From Eledone cirrhosa (taxonomy: Eukaryota): DNA of 64,000 nt. Positions 62,001-64,000 of the stretch are shown piece by piece. The stretch is taken from NCBI GenBank assembly GCA_964016885.1, contig OZ024742.1, forward strand, positions 352,656,001-352,720,000, read 5' to 3'. Position 1 is the stretch's first letter; every line of letters starts with the position of its first letter. Under the pieces are notes generated by a model. It made no database searches. It was given only the letters and a program-made list of their open reading frames with translations, and was not told the origin of the DNA. Position numbers and translations under genes: made by a program.

Positions 62001-62190
62001 CAGAATAGTTCACCTATATATATGGAGGTGCCAGAAAGCAGAGCGAAAAGGGGCTGCATGGAGGGGGAGATACAGGAAGGTAGAATGGCAGTAAATGAAT
62101 GAGTAAATGGATGGATGTACACAGAAAAGGGGGAGGGGAGAAAACAAGGGGTTGTTCCCAGCGGGAAGACCCAGAGTTCAGAAACGCACA
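59070..62190 (-). mobile_element. CRE-clade-like non-LTR retrotransposon (RT + restriction-like endonuclease), frameshifted
   Basis: DGLRPGHLK, AVGNVFRRLAAK, KLDMKNAFNSLRRD, QQDDPFGPLLF, WYLDD, GLQVNSAKSE, QATLPVRFGGFG, RHTSLNEVI, KRPDGMTIFPF.GGKPL. Confidence 0.88.
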
Positions 62191-63009
62191 CATGCGAGCA
62201 ACTGAGCAGTTTGTCATAGACGATATTCTCAATGGACGCGCCTACAATATTTGAATATAACTGAACCGTCGTGTCATTTAATTTGAAAAGTGGAGCAAAG
62301 TAAATGGAGAATAGTGAATTTGGGGTGTCAATACCTCGTGATTTCTTTTTTTTTTTTTCAATACCCAACTTACAGTTTTCCAGGATTATTCTCAATTTTT
62401 TTTTTTTTTTTTCCTTCAAAAGGATGGAGGCGTTTTATCTCCTCATGAAACTGACAGTACTTAATGATGTTCGTCATCTATGGTTTATTCATATGGATTA
62501 TTGCATATATCTATAGAACTATTAGAATGTTTGTGCAGTGTTCTGTGTCCAGCCAGGTTTGTACAACAGGTAAGAAAAATGATGATTCGGTGACGGTTTC
62601 TTCTGATAGGAACCTCTTCCACGTCGGAAGATCGAAGTGTGTTTTCTTGTCTTTTTCAATACTTCCATAAACGGCTTCGGAGATTTAAATCTTATGTTTC
62701 AATTGGTGCTTCCATTTCCACACGGTTCTATTGTCTTATTTACAAAAAATATATATTTCTTGTATCATCAAACATTGACGATGTTACAATTCAAAGCAAT
62801 TGTCATCGTCAAAAGTCAATGTGGAAGAAAAGTTAATGTTATTTACAAGCACAGTCATTGAAGTTAAGCAGTTCAAAATGTGTTAATATCGCAAGAGTGT
62901 TTAGTTGAACCATGGTTCCGAGAAGGAGGCAAATGGCGGATTGTGGTTTGATATAATTTCCCTTTTTAGAGAGTTAATATGCAGGGTGAAGCAATCCTTG
63001 CTGGGTGAT

Positions 63010-64000
63010 GTTTGCAGAGGACACCACACCCGAAAGAACAGAGGACACCACACCCGAGGCACTAACACTTGCTTCCTGAAGCTTCCACACTTTAGTGACG
63101 AAACAACAACAGCCATCCGCAGAGATATCAGACGAGAGGGACTAGATATGCAACTGGCCCACTCAGGACCTTCTCTACGCGGACAGCTAACCAAACGACA
63201 CTCCACCAGACATGACAACCGCTGCAGGCTAGCCAACTGCCCCATCAACGACACAAACCTATGCCACTAGGCTTATTTCGTATACAAACTAGAGTGCGAC
63301 AAATGCAGCAACTACGTAGGTATCACCACCAGACCACTCCACATAAGAATAAAATAACACCTCATACTAACGCTTCCTCATTTAAGAAACACCTAGTGAA
63401 ATGCAAAAACATTGACAAAACCATAACAGTTAGGATGGAAATTAAGGAAAGAAACCTCTGCAATCTTAGAATTAAGGAAGCACTAATGATAAACAAAACA
63501 CAACCACCAATCAATAATAGACTAGGACTCAATACCCAATTTATAACTTGAAAGAGCATCTTGTCCCATATGTATACACACACACACGCACACACACACA
63601 CGCACGCACACACACACACACGCTTACACCTCCAATTATTCTCTCTCACACGCACACACACACACACACACACAAATACCACTTCTAACACGAGAGAACA
63701 TCTATCCCCCACATTTACGTATATACATAGCTTCTTACACATACACACACACACACACACATACATACTTACACATTCACGCATTCTCCCACACACTTAA
63801 ACAGACATCTACAGAAAAAAACCCTTTTAAAGGAAGACCACTCCGTATCCATCTAACCTTATCTCTGACATTAGAGATGGAACAGATACTCTATACCATT
63901 TCCTGTCAGCATGACTTGGCAAGCTATTTAGAACACTGGTTTAACCGCTTTACTTCCCTCCGAAGAAGAGATATTATCTCGAAAATAAAGGACATTTAAA
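63010..64000 (+). mobile_element. Penelope-like element 3' remnant (GIY-YIG) with CA-rich 3' region and degenerate HHR motif at ~63958-63990
   Basis: FLKLPHFSD, C..NCP, YKLECDKC.NYVGITTRPLHIRIK, LRIKEALMINK.QP.IN; ccgaaga-agagatattatctc-gaaa. Confidence 0.8.

Overview
Repeat-dominated, AT-rich metazoan window with no confidently identifiable host gene. The SINE types and microsatellite load suggest a cephalopod such as Octopus (inference only). It holds decayed non-LTR retrotransposons of several clades (Tx1, CR1-like, RTE-like, R4/Dong-like, CRE-like), at least five Penelope-like element (PLE) remnants with GIY-YIG endonuclease motifs, a Tc1/mariner remnant, tRNA-derived SINEs and many (TA)n/(CA)n/trinucleotide arrays. 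The main signal is non-coding. Read by eye, the window carries roughly ten different families of type I hammerhead ribozyme (HHR) motifs. The clearest is a 14-copy, 315-bp tandem satellite (50368-54760). Each unit carries an HHR with a compensatory U3-A8 core and a long stem I, and 8 of the 14 keep an intact stem III and GUC site, as expected for a non-LTR retrozyme array. A second retrozyme-like tandem family (46700-48050, also at 13.5 kb and 58.2 kb) and several palindromes with two outward-facing HHRs are also present. All folds are manual and untested, and most element boundaries are approximate.
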